A DNA stretch of 62,942 nt, counting the filler, from Octopus bimaculoides (lineage: Eukaryota), in assembly GCF_001194135.2 (NCBI RefSeq). It is 3 parts of 3 records of this genome, joined end to end, with 100 filler letters (N's around TTAATTAATTAA, not from the genome) between each part and the next. Parts side by side here need not be neighbours in the genome. Positions count along the whole stretch, not along the records: positions 1 to 29,616 come from NC_068989.1; positions 29,717 to 59,399 come from NC_069008.1; 1 more part is not named here. One strand, given 5' to 3'. Below are positions 26,163 to 40,029 of this stretch, piece after piece (the stretch's first letter is position 1; the number at the start of each line of letters is the position of its first letter). The notes under the pieces were generated by a model. It saw only the letters and a program-made list of their open reading frames with translations, made no database searches and was not told the origin of the DNA. Made by a program: the position numbers and the translations under genes.

Positions 26163-27263
26163 GCGTGCGTGCGTGCGTGTTTTGTAGACAGGAACAACCT
26201 TGAACTATTTCCATACGTGATTTCCTTTTAATCTTATCCTTGCTGCAGTGAGGGACCGTCGCCCCTAAACCCACTCAAGATTCTCTTCCTCCTTAAATGA
26301 TAAAAAAAAGGGACATTATCTATGAATCTATCTTTTCAACTAGTTTCCTTCCATAATCTTTTGTGCTTGTACCTCTGCGTGTGCGCGCGCACGCACACAC
26401 ACACACACACAAGCACGAACAAGCGCGTACACACGATGTTAAAAAATATCTTACGCATAATAAAGCGTTCGTTGAAAATAAAGCAATCTAAAGATTGTTT
26501 ATAAATACAAATGGATTCTTACGAAGGTAAAAAGTTCCCTTGCTGGCGCCACCCAAAAAGCGCCCGGTATACTCCATAAAGTGTTTGGCGTTACAAAGGG
26601 CATCCAGCCGTAGAAACCACGCTAAAACAAACGACTGGAGCTAGGCTTCCGGTTCGCCAGCTCCTGTCAAACGGTCCAACTCATAGCAGCATGGAAAACG
26701 GACTTTAGATGATGATGATGATGATGATGGTGATATAGAAGGAAAAGTCCAAAATAGGGTATTAACCCATTGTTGTGTCGAAGAGATAGCCTCTATAGAA
26801 TGATGCGCAATATTCAAGTTTGGGAGAAATTTGAAATTAAGTTAATGAGCAGCAGTTTATAGGAGTTTTCTATAGATAATGGCTCGCTGGGAAACGGTAT
26901 CGTGAGAGAAAATTTGATACGTAATTAAGCGTCCGTTAAAAACATGGAGTTCGTAAGTGCTTATGTAGAATGGTATCTGTCAAGCAGTTGTTTTTATGGT
27001 TATAGATTGTTGAACTGAAAGGAAAAGCTTTCATTCGCTATGGTCAACATAACACTATGTAGAGACAAAATCTTGAATTCAATCCTACAAAGATGATAAC
27101 TGCTCCGACATTTCCATGCTTTTGCCTTTCAATAGCGTCCTCTTTGATCGTTGGTTCTTTTCGCTGTTTTTCACAATATATTCTGCAAACGTTGACACAT
27201 TGCATGTATTTCTTCATCTAAATGAATATGGTGTTTGGGCCGAACCATGATACATACACTCAG

Positions 27264-27316
<53 letters not shown>

Positions 27317-27631
27317 GTACGTACGTAGGTGTGTATTATGTGAAAGGGGCTGAGTAAGCGTCGGGCGATTACCTCACTCAATATTCATGCGAATCCAGAT
27401 TAGCAGACGGTAAGGAACAGAAAACGATCAAGGCAAAAGTATTCAACAGATGCAGGTATGTGTGTATATGTGTGCGTATGCAAGTATGTATATATGTATG
27501 TGAATATGTTTTTATGTAAATATACGTATCGGTGCTCCAGTATGGCCGCAGTCAAATGACTGGAATAAGTAAAGGATTAAAGGAATATATGTATACACAT
27601 ATGGGTAGCTATCTGCCAATCTCTCATGCTT

Positions 27632-27673
<42 letters not shown>

Positions 27674-27970
27674 ATTCTTTTAGTTGTTTCAGTCATTTGA
27701 CTGCGGCCATGCTGGAGCACCGCATTTAGTCGAACAAACCAGGACTTATTATTTGTAAGCCCAGTACTTATTCTATCGCTCGTCAAGCGATGGTGGNNNN
27801 NNNNNNNNNNNNNNNNNNNNNNNNNNNNNNNNNNNNNNNNNNNNNNNNNNNNNNNNNNNNNNNNNNNNNNNNNNNNNNNNNNNNNNNNNNNNNNNNNNNN
27901 NNNNNNNNNNNNNNNNNNNNNNNNNNNNNNNNNNNNNNNNNNNNNNNNNNNNNNNNNNNNNNNNNNNNNN

Positions 27971-28026
<56 letters not shown>

Positions 28027-28106
28027 AGAGAGAAACAGAAGTGGGTAGAGAGACACATATAGATACTTACGCACTTCATTATTTGTGTTAATTATTTATT
28101 CTGAGC

Positions 28107-28807
28107 ACCATACTGGCAGCGCAAGACCCAGCTTAGGCCACAAAACGGATATTCAACCTTACAAATGAGCAAGTCTCTTTACTGTGTTGCATCTGTAACA
28201 GAGTGAACGAAACCATTGGCCATATCGTAGACGAATGCTCTAGATTTGTTCAAAACATTACAATTGTGGCGGCACGATAAGGTAGCGAAAGTGTTACATT
28301 GGAAACTGTGCAAAAAGTGGGTAAGTTGTAGTATGAGCACAAACCGCAGAAAGTGTCGGAATCGGAAACCTACAAAATGCTCTGGGATTTCCCAATCTAA
28401 ACAGATCAGGCGCCAGAGCATAACACGACAAGGTGCACCACAAGGTGCTATATAGTTGATATTGCATGCCCATTTGACCCACGAATAGTTAAGAAGGAAG
28501 GTGAAAAGATAGATAGATACAATTCCTCTTAAGTACGAAATAGCCCGGCTATGGAAAATGAAGGAGGTGAAGATGGTGCCAATCATTGTTGAGTCCTTGG
28601 GAAGAGTATCAGAAGGCATCAAGAGGAAAGTAAAGGAAGTTGGAATAGAGTTCTCAGTAGAATTTGCCTCCCTGGCACGGCCACAATAATCAGGGAAGTA
28701 TTAGATAGCCGAAAAGAACGAATAGCATGGTACCGTAGGCTACAGGTAGTAAGCCTGTTACGCATGCAAGACTCCAGGAGCTCCAACAAAACCTGTGAGA
28801 AAGAGAA

Positions 28808-28866
<59 letters not shown>
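28107..28866 (+). mobile_element. 3' end of an R4/Dong-type non-LTR retrotransposon (CCHC finger + REL endonuclease), pseudogenised, with (AAT)n tail
   Basis: Fragments ILAAQD..CCICNRVNETIGHIVDEC..RHDKVAKVLHWKLCKK..EHKPQKV..MLWDFPI..IVDIACPFDPRIVKKEGEKIDRY..LKYEIARLW..VPIIV.SLG; (AAT)n at 28808-28866. Confidence 0.85.
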
Positions 28867-28869
<3 letters not shown>

Positions 28870-29257
28870 CTATATATTTGTGTGAGTATGTGTTTATAAG
28901 TGAGAAGTTATGCTCTTCTCTACTCAATTACTCTGTTTTAATCTAATCACAGTTTATGACGTAACATGTATGTATATGAAAACATGCTTAGTCCCGCTGC
29001 TTTGGATTAAAATCCATGTTAATGAGAAAAACATGTGGTCAGGAACCAGCCAGACGAGTTAGACTTCTGCATTGCTTAGACTGTCTGCAGTATCGCTATA
29101 CTCATAAAGTACTCTTTGAATAATATGTGTATGACAGAGAAACATTCTGCTACTGACAGAAATGGATGTCTGTTTAACGTGCTACAGACAGAATGTAATA
29201 GAATATGGTATTATATGTAGATGTATGTGTATGTACAGATATGCTTGTGTACGTGTG

Positions 29258-29334
<77 letters not shown>

Positions 29335-29616
29335 ATTACATGCGTACGTGTTTTTGTTATTTTTATATAGCCCCAAATATTTTAACATATTTTCCAGCAG
29401 GAATTCCCACTCGGTGATTTCCGCCGCTTCACCAAATTCATCAAGTGGTGGTGGTGGTGATGTTGGTAGTGGTGCTAGTAATGGCGGCGGTCGATGTGGT
29501 GGTAGTAATGCTAATGGCAGTCGCAGTCACGATAATGAGTGCGATGTGGTTTACGTGATGCTTGTACTGATAAAGGCTGGTTGTAATGGTGGTGGTGGTG
29601 GTGGTGGTGGTGGTGG

Positions 29617-29716
29617 NNNNNNNNNNNNNNNNNNNNNNNNNNNNNNNNNNNNNNNNNNNNTTAATTAATTAANNNNNNNNNNNNNNNNNNNNNNNNNNNN
29701 NNNNNNNNNNNNNNNN
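29617..29716. other. Artificial assembly spacer (44 N + TTAATTAATTAA + 44 N)
   Basis: Exactly 100 bp, with a palindromic 12-mer giving stops in all six frames; identical to 59400-59499. Confidence 0.95.
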
Positions 29717-29766
<50 letters not shown>

Positions 29767-30157
29767 CATACATATGTGGAGGCATGTGGCTTAGTGGTTA
29801 GGATGTCAACACCATGAACGTAAGATTGTGGTTTTAATTCCTGGACCGGGCGACGCGTTGTGTTCTTGAGCAAGACACATCATTTCATGTAGCTCCAATC
29901 CACTCAGCTGGCAAAAATGAGTAACGCTGCGATGGACTCACGTCCTGTCCAGCTGGGGAACACATACGCCACAGAAACCGGGAAACCGGGCCCATGAGCC
30001 TGGCTAGGCTTTAAAACGGCACATTTTATTTTATTATTTATACATACATATACGCATATATACATATATATATGTATACATACATATATATATAGAGACA
30101 GATATATATAATATATGCACACACATATATTTATATATTTATATATATATACACACA

Positions 30158-30199
<42 letters not shown>

Positions 30200-30645
30200 N
30201 NNNNNNNNNNNNNNNNNNNNNNNNNNNNNNNNNNNNNNNNNNNNNNNNNNNNNNNNNNNNNNNNNNNNNNNNNNNNNNNNNNNNNNNNNNNNNNNNNNNN
30301 NNNNNNNNNNNNNNNNNNNNNNNNNNNNNNNNNNNNNNNNNNNNNNNNNNNNNNNNNNNNNNNNNNNNNNNNNNNNNNNNNNNNNNNNNNNNNNNNNNNN
30401 NNNNNNNNNNNNNNNNNNNNNNNNNNNNNNNNNNNNNNNNNNTTTGTAGTTGAAGAAATCAATCCCAGGACTTATTGTTTGGGAGCCTAGTAGTTATTCT
30501 ATCAGAATAAGTACCAGGCTTACAAAGAATAAGTGCTGGGGTCAGTTCGTTCAACTAAAGCCGGTGCTCCAGCATGGCCGCAGTCAAATGACTGAAACAA
30601 GTAAAAGAATAAAAGAATATATATACACCCAAACACAGACACACA

Positions 30646-30690
<45 letters not shown>

Positions 30691-30749
30691 GGAAAACCAT
30701 CCTTGTGTTTCAACGACAAACTAATACACAATCAGAGGTGATGCAACAT

Positions 30750-30975
30750 TTCCTTTTCTTCCTGGGAAAACAAGGAACAATGCATCGGAACACAGGACCT
30801 GGTGCCAGTCCTGCTCCTCTCAGTGCAAGCATGGAGGCACGCTGGCAAAACACTGTTTCTCTAGAGGGAAACCGTATCTGTCATTGTGGTTTTGTGGCAC
30901 GAAGCAAAGCAGGCCTCGCCGTCGACTCAAGAATACACAGAGTAAATGATTCCACAAGCATTCGAGCAAACTGAG
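30750..30975 (+). mobile_element. Probable RTE-clade LINE 3' ORF remnant (C-terminal Cys/His finger)
   Basis: RWQNTVS...CHCGFVARSKAGLAVDSRIH resembles the RTE C-terminal CxxCG...S.AGL.SH.R.H motif. Confidence 0.45.
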
Positions 30976-31139
30976 TCCTCAACTTGTCCCATTTACCAAA
31001 AGGTTTATAAGGCGCCAGCAGGCCTCAAAGGGCACATTCATGTCCATACAACATGGTCACTGCTTTATTTTTAACTGAACCGTCATTTGTTGTTCACAAT
31101 GAATGAATCCATCATATTTATGCTTATTCATATATATGA

Positions 31140-31295
31140 TGCACTCTCGGAGTGGTTGGTGTTAGGAAGGGCATCCAGCTGTAGAAACTCTTCCAAATCA
31201 GATTGGAGCCTGGTGTAGCCATCTGGTTCACCAGTCCTCAGTCAAATCGTCCAACCCATGCTAGCATGGAAAGCGGACGTTAAACGATGATGATG
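31140..31295 (+). mobile_element. SINE/RTE-related repeat (family D) 3' module
   Basis: gagtggttgg(c/t)gttaggaagggcatccagctgtagaaac...ccaacccatgctagcatggaaagcggacgttaaacgatgatg. Other copies at ~26570-26730, 34630-34855, 35590-36165 and 46650-47050 (-). Confidence 0.75.
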
Positions 31296-31676
31296 CAAAC
31301 TCTCATACAGGAACTGGGACTAAAAATTTATTAAGAAAATATGAAATTGAAATAATTTCAATGTCAAGATCAGCGAAATGTGAAACTGGTTGACTATCAC
31401 AATACTCTACCTCATAAAATATGCCAAAATTAAATAAGCTGTGCGCATTTTCCTTAGATTTATTATATATATACATAAACACAAATAATATATCTATCTA
31501 CCTATATACATACATATAAACATAATTAAGGGATCAGCAAATATTTGCTTCACCACATACCGAAGTTCAAAAATAGCAGCTAAAAAAGCTGAGACTCCAA
31601 CAGATAGCATTACTTGTAACTCACAAAGGCAAAAACAAGAAGAAAAAACAATGAAAACTAACCATTCCGAAGATTA

Positions 31677-31736
31677 ATCGTAGACGCGTTTCTGGATTAT
31701 GAGTGATAAATACTCAATTTCGTTCATCAATACGAT
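31677..31736 (-). ncRNA. Degenerate minimal hammerhead-like motif
   Basis: Minus strand atcgta-TTGATGA-a..tgagt/actca..-GAAA-CGCG-TC-tacgat. Perfect 6-bp stem I, ACGCGT palindrome, C3>U. Confidence 0.55.
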
Positions 31737-32258
31737 ATTCCAGTAGTAAATTCGACTATGCTAGCAAACTGTGCATGCATGAACGAGTAACAATTATTAA
31801 TTGTTGATTTATTAATAAATTAATAAATTGATAATCCTTTACCCTTTTAATTTGTATATACATACATATATATATATATATATGAAACAATGGAGGGAGA
31901 GGGAGAGAAAGTTGGAATGTAAAGGATAGGAACCAGATGTGTACATATTAGTTGAAAATATAAATATAATGTTACTTGTGTGTAGAGACCCAGTTCAGAT
32001 ATGATAACAACCACAGCATTTAAACTATTTCCAGAATCCATCTGCTTTGATATGAATTTATACACACTTCTGTGTAGAGGTGTGCTCGTACATCTATCTC
32101 TGTTTCTGTCTGTCTGTCTGTCTACCTATTTGTCTATCTACTGATCTCTTTATCTATATATATATATATATATCCATGTCTATGTGTCTTCATACCTATC
32201 TATCGATCTGTCTATTTGTCTATCTATCTATTCATCCATCTACCCCTCTATCTAGCTA

Positions 32259-32289
<31 letters not shown>

Positions 32290-32349
32290 GTCTGTCTGTC
32301 CAACCGTCCATCCATCCATGTATTTCTCTATCTATCTATCGATTGATCT

Positions 32350-32900
32350 ATCTATCTGTCCGTCCGTCCGTCCATCCATCCATCCATCCATCCATCTATC
32401 TATCTATCTATCTAACCATCCGTTCACCCGTCCATCCATCCATCCATCCATCCATCTATCTATCTATCTATCTATCTAACCATCCGTTCACCCGTCCACC
32501 CATCCATCCATCCATCTATCTATCTATCTATCTATCTATCTAACCATCCGTTCACCCGTCCATCCATCCATCCATCTATCTATCTATCTATCTATCTAAC
32601 CATCCATTCACCCGTCCATCCATCCATCTATCTATCTATCTATCTAACCATCCGTTCACCCGTCCACCCATCCATCCATCCATCCATCTATCTATCTATC
32701 TATCTAACCATCCGTTCACCCGTCCATCCATCCATCCATCCATCTATCTATCTATCTATCTATNNNNNNNNNNTCCATCCATCTATCTATCTATCTATCT
32801 AACCATCCGTTCACCCGTCCATCCATCCATCCATCCATCTATCTATCTATCTATCTATCTAACCATCCGTTCACCCGTCCATCCATCCATCCGTCCATCT
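32350..32900. repeat. Compound minisatellite [(TCTA)n-ACCATCCGTTCACCCG-(TCCA)n]
   Basis: About ten tandem units with a fixed 16-nt spacer between two tetranucleotide tracts. Confidence 0.9.
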
Positions 32901-32990
32901 ATCTATCTATGTTTCTCTGACTGTGTATTGATGTATTCTGTAGTTATGTATCTACACATTTACTTAGACATATGCATATACACATCTGTA

Positions 32991-33099
<109 letters not shown>

Positions 33100-33209
33100 C
33101 ACACGTACAGAAGGAGGGATCGAGATCCTAACACAGATATGTACACAGCATGTTATATGCAACTTGAAAGCTACTCGGTCACATTGATAGAAATATGTAA
33201 ACATAGACA

Positions 33210-33246
<37 letters not shown>

Positions 33247-33431
33247 TCTATGCACATATATTTATATGTGTGTACACACATATACATATGTGCATATATG
33301 TGTACTCTCAAACGTTTATATATATATGTATGTGTATATATATATATATATATATACATGTGTTTGTGTGTCTATATATATATGTATCTAGGTATATGTA
33401 GCTATATATATTTATATATATGTACATATTT

Positions 33432-33491
<60 letters not shown>

Positions 33492-33522
33492 TCTCTATAC
33501 AAGGGCAAACAATTCGTGTGTG

Positions 33523-33577
<55 letters not shown>

Positions 33578-35027
33578 ATGCATGTATACTTATAAATACC
33601 TATTTGCATACACACACAAACTCAAACACCTACATGCACACACACACACACTCGCACTAACAGCACACATTATATCCAAAATTCACCCACCCACCCCACC
33701 GCTCTCGCAGCTCAACAACACAACATAGATATTTGGGTCGTGAGATCAATATTGGCGCACAGCAGTGCTTCTTGCTGTTACCATCGACACCACACCACAC
33801 CACCGACCCTCCTCCCCCCCATCGCAAGGTTACTGCAGGCATGGGGCTGGGATAATATGGTGTTAGTTGGTGGAATGGAGATGGGAGGTGGTGGTCGGTT
33901 ATGGATTTTTATTCTAGTAATGAAAGCATCATATTTTTGGTAGAAACGGTACTTATTATCTCTCTTGTTGTAGTTTAGCCCAAGGTCAATCTCATTTAAG
34001 TAGACCATGGTCTTGCAGTCTGTCTTGGATATATAATAAGGACCATAGTCCCCTTGGCCAAGATAGTAAGGTGTGCTCTGAAGGGAGTTTTAACTGCTAT
34101 TTCTACCAGGTCTAACTACCATGTTGCGGTTTCCCCTTATTGGCTTGTATATACATACTTAAGACAGTAGGATGTAATTTGAGTGTGGTTTAGCTGCTAT
34201 TTCTTATTTCTTTATTGCCCTCAAGGGGCTAAACACAGAGGGGACAAACAAGGACAGACAAACAGATTAAGTCCATTATATCGACTCCAGTGTGTAATTG
34301 GTACTTAAATTATCGAACTCGAAAGGATTAAAGGCAAAGTTGACCTTGGCAGAATTTGAACTCAGAACGTAGTGGCAGACGAAATACCGCTAAGCATTTC
34401 GCCCAGCGTGCTAACGTTTCTGCCAGTTCACCGCCTTATTAGCTGCTATTTCTGTCAGGTTTGCTCCTGTAGAGAGGTTTCTCTTAAGACGGAAGGATTT
34501 GAGGGAAATTTGGCTGCTACTTCTACCAGCTCAAACTACCATGTAAATGTCTCTGACATTGGTTCATACATACATACATGTGTGTGAGTATGAAGGTGTA
34601 TCGCACAATGGCATGTAAAAGGTACTATCCGAACATGATTGAAGCCAGGCCCACCTGACTGGCTCCTGTGCCGATGGCACATAAAAAGCACCCACTACAC
34701 TTTTGGAGTGGTTGGCGTTAGGAAGGGCATCCAGCTGTAGAAACACTGCCAGACCAGATTGGAGCCTGGTGCTGCCTCCTGGAGCCCCAGACCTCAGTCA
34801 AACCATCCAACCCATGCCAGGATGGAAAACAGACGTTAAACAATGATGATGATGAATATTCTTAAAACACCCATGCATATTTATGTTTCGTTAAATTATT
34901 TTTAAGCATTATCTTTATTTACAAATAAATATCAGTTTGCTATTTAAACGACCAAACACACATATATATATGTGTGTGTATGTGTATACATATACATACA
35001 CACATATATATAGATATACAGGGCAGG

Positions 35028-35214
35028 GAATCGTCAATTAGTAATAAAATTAATAATTAACAATTTTGCCGGGTAGCTCAGTATGAAAAAACCTTATCGG
35101 TAAAGCCATAAATATCGCTATCAATTAGAGAAAAATTTGTAGTTTTAGAATCAGTTCTTTGGCTGCTGTTTCTGAATTCTCAGTATGTTGGAGAAGCAGG
35201 ATACTGCTAATCCC
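35028..35214. mobile_element. Short non-autonomous DNA element (TA-flanked, CAGGG ends; Tc1/mariner-type MITE)
   Basis: TA|CAGGG...CCCT(A)|TA ends; a rearranged copy lies at 37120-37348. Confidence 0.5.
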
Positions 35215-35490
35215 TATATATTTATGATTACACACATATATATATATATATTTCTTTATTTCTCAGTTACGATCTTAATATATTCATATATCAATTTGTC
35301 TTTTGTTCTGTGTCCACATGCCAGTGTAATATACCAGTATATATCTGTCTCTCGTTAATTTATGCTCTAATCACCATCTTAATATATATCAATACATATC
35401 TTTGTTTGTTTCATTAGGTTCCAAAATCCATCTTAATATTCCAATATATCTTTGTCTTTTGCTATATTCCAAAAATTATTGTAATATATC

Positions 35491-35543
<53 letters not shown>

Positions 35544-36172
35544 GTATATATACCAGGTGCCCCCTTTGGCTTGGAATTTAGTTCTGAATGTTTTAATCAA
35601 ATTCGATGATTGGCACCCATGCCAACCACTCCTTCATTGGACACTGAACTCTGCTTGCAAAGACCTGTTGTGGCAAGTGAAATCGAAATTGTAATTGAAC
35701 CATACTCGATGACTGGCACCTGTGCCAGTGGAGCACTAACAGCACCGTCTTAGCATGATCATTGCCAGAGCAGCTGTCTGGCTTCCGTGCCAGTAGCACA
35801 TAAATAGCAGCATTTGAGCGTGATCGTTACCAGTGTCGCCTTACTGGCACTTGTGCCGGTGGCATGTTAGAATTTCATCTGAGCGAGGTCGTTGCCAGTG
35901 CCGCTGGATTGGCTCCTGTGCAGGTGGCACGTAAAATACACCATTTTGAGCATGGCCGTTGCCAGTACCTCCTGACTGGCCTTCGTGATGGTGGCATGTA
36001 AAAGCACCCACTACACTCTCGGAGTGGTTGGCGTTAGGAAGGGCATCCAGCTGTAGAAACTCTGCCAAATCAGATTGGAGCCTGGTGCAGCCATCTGGAT
36101 CACCAGTCCTCAGTCAAATCGTCCAACCCATGCTAGCATGGAAAGCGGACGTTAAACGATGATGATAATGAG

Positions 36173-36210
<38 letters not shown>

Positions 36211-36721
36211 GTATATACATATAATACAGAGCTTTTTCTTGTGTTAGCTCAGGTGTATTGTTGTGAGAGGAAGCAGTTAGACAAAGATAGTCGTTAAAAA
36301 TGTTACGCTGGTGGCGTGAGCAAGACGCAGTGTAATGACAGTGGTGGTGGCGGCGATGGTGGTGGTGTGGGGGCTGGGGGGTGGTCAGTGTGCTGACCGT
36401 GGTCAAAACAGTCGCCACCGCCACTAACGATACCACTACCGCCACCTAGCGTGTCCAGTCTGTATATATAATAATAGGTTATCTCCTTTCAAAGGACAAA
36501 CAGATTAATGTTGTGTTTCATGACAAATAATTATACACCTCTCTGCTCTATACAATGTTTTCATGTGTGTATATATATATATATGTGTGTATGTTTATAT
36601 GTGTATATATATGTATATATATATATTTATACACACATTGTGCATTGTGTGTGTAACTGTGAACAGACTATCTATTTGTGTGTGTGTATATTTACATATA
36701 TACATATATATACATGCATAC

Positions 36722-37090
36722 AGAGGCGCTGGCATGGCTATGTGGTAAGAAGCTTGCTTCCCAACCACATGGTCCTGGGTTCAGTCCCACAATGTGGTAC
36801 CTTGCTTAAATGTCTTTGACTACAGCTTCAGGCCAAACAAAGCCTTGTGAGTGGATTTGTTAGACGGAAACTGAAAGAAGCCTGTCTTATATCATCATCA
36901 TTGTCATCAACGTCTTTGATATTTATACATGTTTACGTTCCCATAACTTAGAGGTTCGGCACAAGAGACTGATAGAATAAGTACTAGGCTTACAAAGAAT
37001 ATGTCCTAGGGTTGATTTGTTCGACTAAAGGCAGTACTCCATTATGGCCACAGTCAAATGACTGAAACAACTAAAAGAATAAAAGAATAT
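36722..37090 (+). mobile_element. SINE family A, full length
   Basis: Head, body and tail collinear with 3506-3966. Confidence 0.85.
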
Positions 37091-37119
37091 ATATATATAT
37101 ATATATATATACAAGAATA

Positions 37120-37348
37120 AGGGCAGGGAATCGTCAATTAATAATAGAATTAACAATTAACAATTTTGCCAAGTAGTTCAGTATGAAAAAAACCTTTATC
37201 GGTAAAACCATTTATCATCATAAATATACAGGGATTAGCAATTGAGTTGCTTCTCCAACATACTGAAAATTTAGAAATAGCAGTCAAAGAACTACTGATT
37301 CTAAACTACTCAGTATGTTGGAGAAGCAACTCAATTGCTAATCCCTGT
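37120..37348. mobile_element. MITE copy with internal inversion and a perfect 39-bp inverted repeat
   Basis: 37228-37266 is the exact reverse complement of 37310-37348; homologous to 35028-35214. Confidence 0.6.
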
Positions 37349-37834
37349 NNNNNNNNNNNNNNNNNNNNNNNNNNNNNNNNNNNNNNNNNNNNNNNNNNNN
37401 NNNNNNNNNNNNNNNNNNNNNNNNNNNNNNNNNNNNNNNNNNNNNNNNNNNNNNNNNNNNNNNNNNNNNNNNNNNNNNNNNNNNNNNNNNNNNNNNNNNN
37501 NNNNNNNNNNNNNNNNNNNNNNNNNNNNNNNNNNNNNNNNNNNNNNNNNNNNNNNNNNNNNNNNNNNNNNNNNNNNNNNNNNNNNNNNNNNNNNNNNNNN
37601 NNNNNNNNNNNNNNNNNNNNNNNNNNNNNNNNNNNNNNNNNNNNNNNNNNNNNNNNNNNNNNNNNNNNNNNNNNNNNNNNNNNNNNNNNNNNNNNNNNNN
37701 NNNNNNNNNNNNNNNNNNNNNNNNNNNNNNNNNNNNNNNNNNNNNNNNNNNNNNNNNNNNNNNNNNNNNNNNNNNNNNNNNNNNNNNNNNNNNNNNNNNN
37801 NNNNNNNNNNNNNNNNNNNNNNNNNNNNNNNNNN

Positions 37835-38625
37835 TCATATGACTCTCGCTGGCATGGTGGTTTAATAGAAGACCCTCATCAAAGGTGTGTAGCAAGGCGA
37901 CTTGAGCAGGTGTGACACCTTGTGTTATATGGACTGTTAGATATGTAATTCGTCTGACGTTCCGTGTGTCATGTGGTTCGTCTGAGTTCATTGTTTCATT
38001 GTTGTTGTCTTGTGGGACTGTCGTAGTAAAATGTCATTGATATATATATGGCGGACATGACTTTTGTTTATTCATAACGAACATTGGGTGAGTGCGTTCT
38101 TTGTATGTAATTGAACAATAAATGTAATAATTAAATTGTATAACTCGTTATGTTATCTCTGCGAGTCAGTCCGAGGGAAACATAACACCTTGGGAAGGTG
38201 TGGCACCTTGGGCAGGTGTCCTCTACTATACACGTTACTATTCCCATGACACTTTTGTCGGTTCTTTGGTCCTTTTCTTTCCACTGTACAAAATGAGTCT
38301 TCCCAACTTACCTGCGTACTCTGGTGACGTCACACCTTGGTTTGCTCAACCGGATGCGTATTTTTCTGCCCATGCTGTGCCTCACGAACAACAGCTAAAC
38401 CTTTTGCACTGTGGGATGCCTTCACCTCTGGCACGCTCAGTGGAAAATCTCATCACTGACCCACATCCGGACACGACTTACGCGTCCGTCAAACCCAAGG
38501 TTCTCCGTCGGAACACACAATCCACAGAGAGTAAATTCCGGACACTGATGCAGAACGAACGCCTGGGAGACAGGACACCGTCTGAGTTTCTTTGTCATTT
38601 GCAAGAACTCAGCGACACTCCACTT
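37835..38625 (+). mobile_element. Ty3/gypsy LTR retrotransposon remnant: partial LTR (to ~38187) and truncated gag (38293-~38625)
   Basis: LTR-like segment with AATAAA ending ...TAACA. Gag MSLPNLPAYSGDVTPWFAQ..YF..YASVK..VL..S..SKFRTLMQNERLGDRTPSEFL matches the gypsy gag WF.Q.E..F / LGDRkPS.fL pattern. Confidence 0.8.
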
Positions 38626-39104
38626 ATGGAGTGGGACCGAACTTGGAACCGAACTTGGAACCATGAGGTTGGGATAATAAGTGGTAAATTCTGCTCCGGT
38701 AGGATTTGAACCCAGGAATCAGGAATGCAAGAAGCCGGGAAATGGTTCATACAATGCATTTGTTTCCAGTTCTTTCAAGAATCTACCAGTTTTACCGCCA
38801 TTTCGTCTGTGTAAGCAACCATTATTTTCATCAAGTTCTATCTTCATCGGAATCTCTATAGAAGATGCAAAAATAAAAAAAAGAAGAGGAGAAAGAAGCA
38901 ATAACAGGGAAAGCTGAAAATATATTATTATTGTGGGGCTGGCGCTGTGAAGGGTTTCAAGACAAGGGCGGAGATGGTGTTGTCGTACATGTGCGTGCAT
39001 GTGTGAGAGTGTGTGTGCGTGTATATGCATGTGTGTGCGTGTGTAGGTAGAGATGTCGAACAATTGCCATATGTATGTGTGTGTGTGTGAGAGAGAGTGT
39101 GTGT

Positions 39105-39140
<36 letters not shown>

Positions 39141-39195
39141 GTGTGCATATGTGCATATGTCTCCATTTGTATGTGTGTGCATGAGAGTGTATATA

Positions 39196-39232
<37 letters not shown>

Positions 39233-39852
39233 ATGTGNNNNNNNNNNNNNNNNNNNNNNNNNNNNNNNNNNNNNNNNNNNNNNNNNNNNNNNNNNNNNNN
39301 NNNNNNNNNNNNNNNNNNNNNNNNNNNNNNNNNNNNNNNNNNNNNNNNNNNNNNNNNNNNNNNNNNNNNNNNNNNNNNNNNNNNNNNNNNNNNNNNNNNN
39401 NNNNNNNNNNNNNNNNNNNNNNNNNNNNNNNNNNNNNNNNNNNNNNNNNNNNNNNNNNNNNNNNNNNNNNNNNNNNNNNNNNNNNNNNNNNNNNNNNNNN
39501 NNNNNNNNNNNNNNNNNNNNNNNNNNNNNNNNNNNNNNNNNNNNNNNNNNNNNNNNNNNNNNNNNNNNNNNNNNNNNNNNNNNNNNNNNNNNNNNNNNNN
39601 NNNNNNNNNNNNNNNNNNNNNNNGGGGGGGGGTTATTGTTGGGGGTGGGGTAGGGCAGCCATTGCAGGGTGGACATGGCAGGGGAGGGGTTAGTGAATGA
39701 CGAAGAAGCAATCAGAGATTTATGGAAGGTGGGAGCGAAAGGAGGGTGGAGAGAGAGAGTGGGGTAGGGTATTGATGATGGAGAGGAGGATGGTTTGGGG
39801 CTTGAACCATAAAACTGATGTTTATATGAATATATATATATATGTGTGTATA

Positions 39853-39904
<52 letters not shown>

Positions 39905-39974
39905 CATGCATATATATATCTATGAACATAAATATATGTATACGTGTGTATGTATGTATGTATATATGTGTGTG

Positions 39975-40029
<55 letters not shown>

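Noticed and set aside
35600-36000. Cluster of TGGC-N-GCCA palindromes as NFI autoregulatory sites
   Set aside because: Spacing is mostly 6 nt, not the 5 nt of TTGGC-N5-GCCAA, and they are internal repeats of a dispersed family D element (also at 46830-47050).
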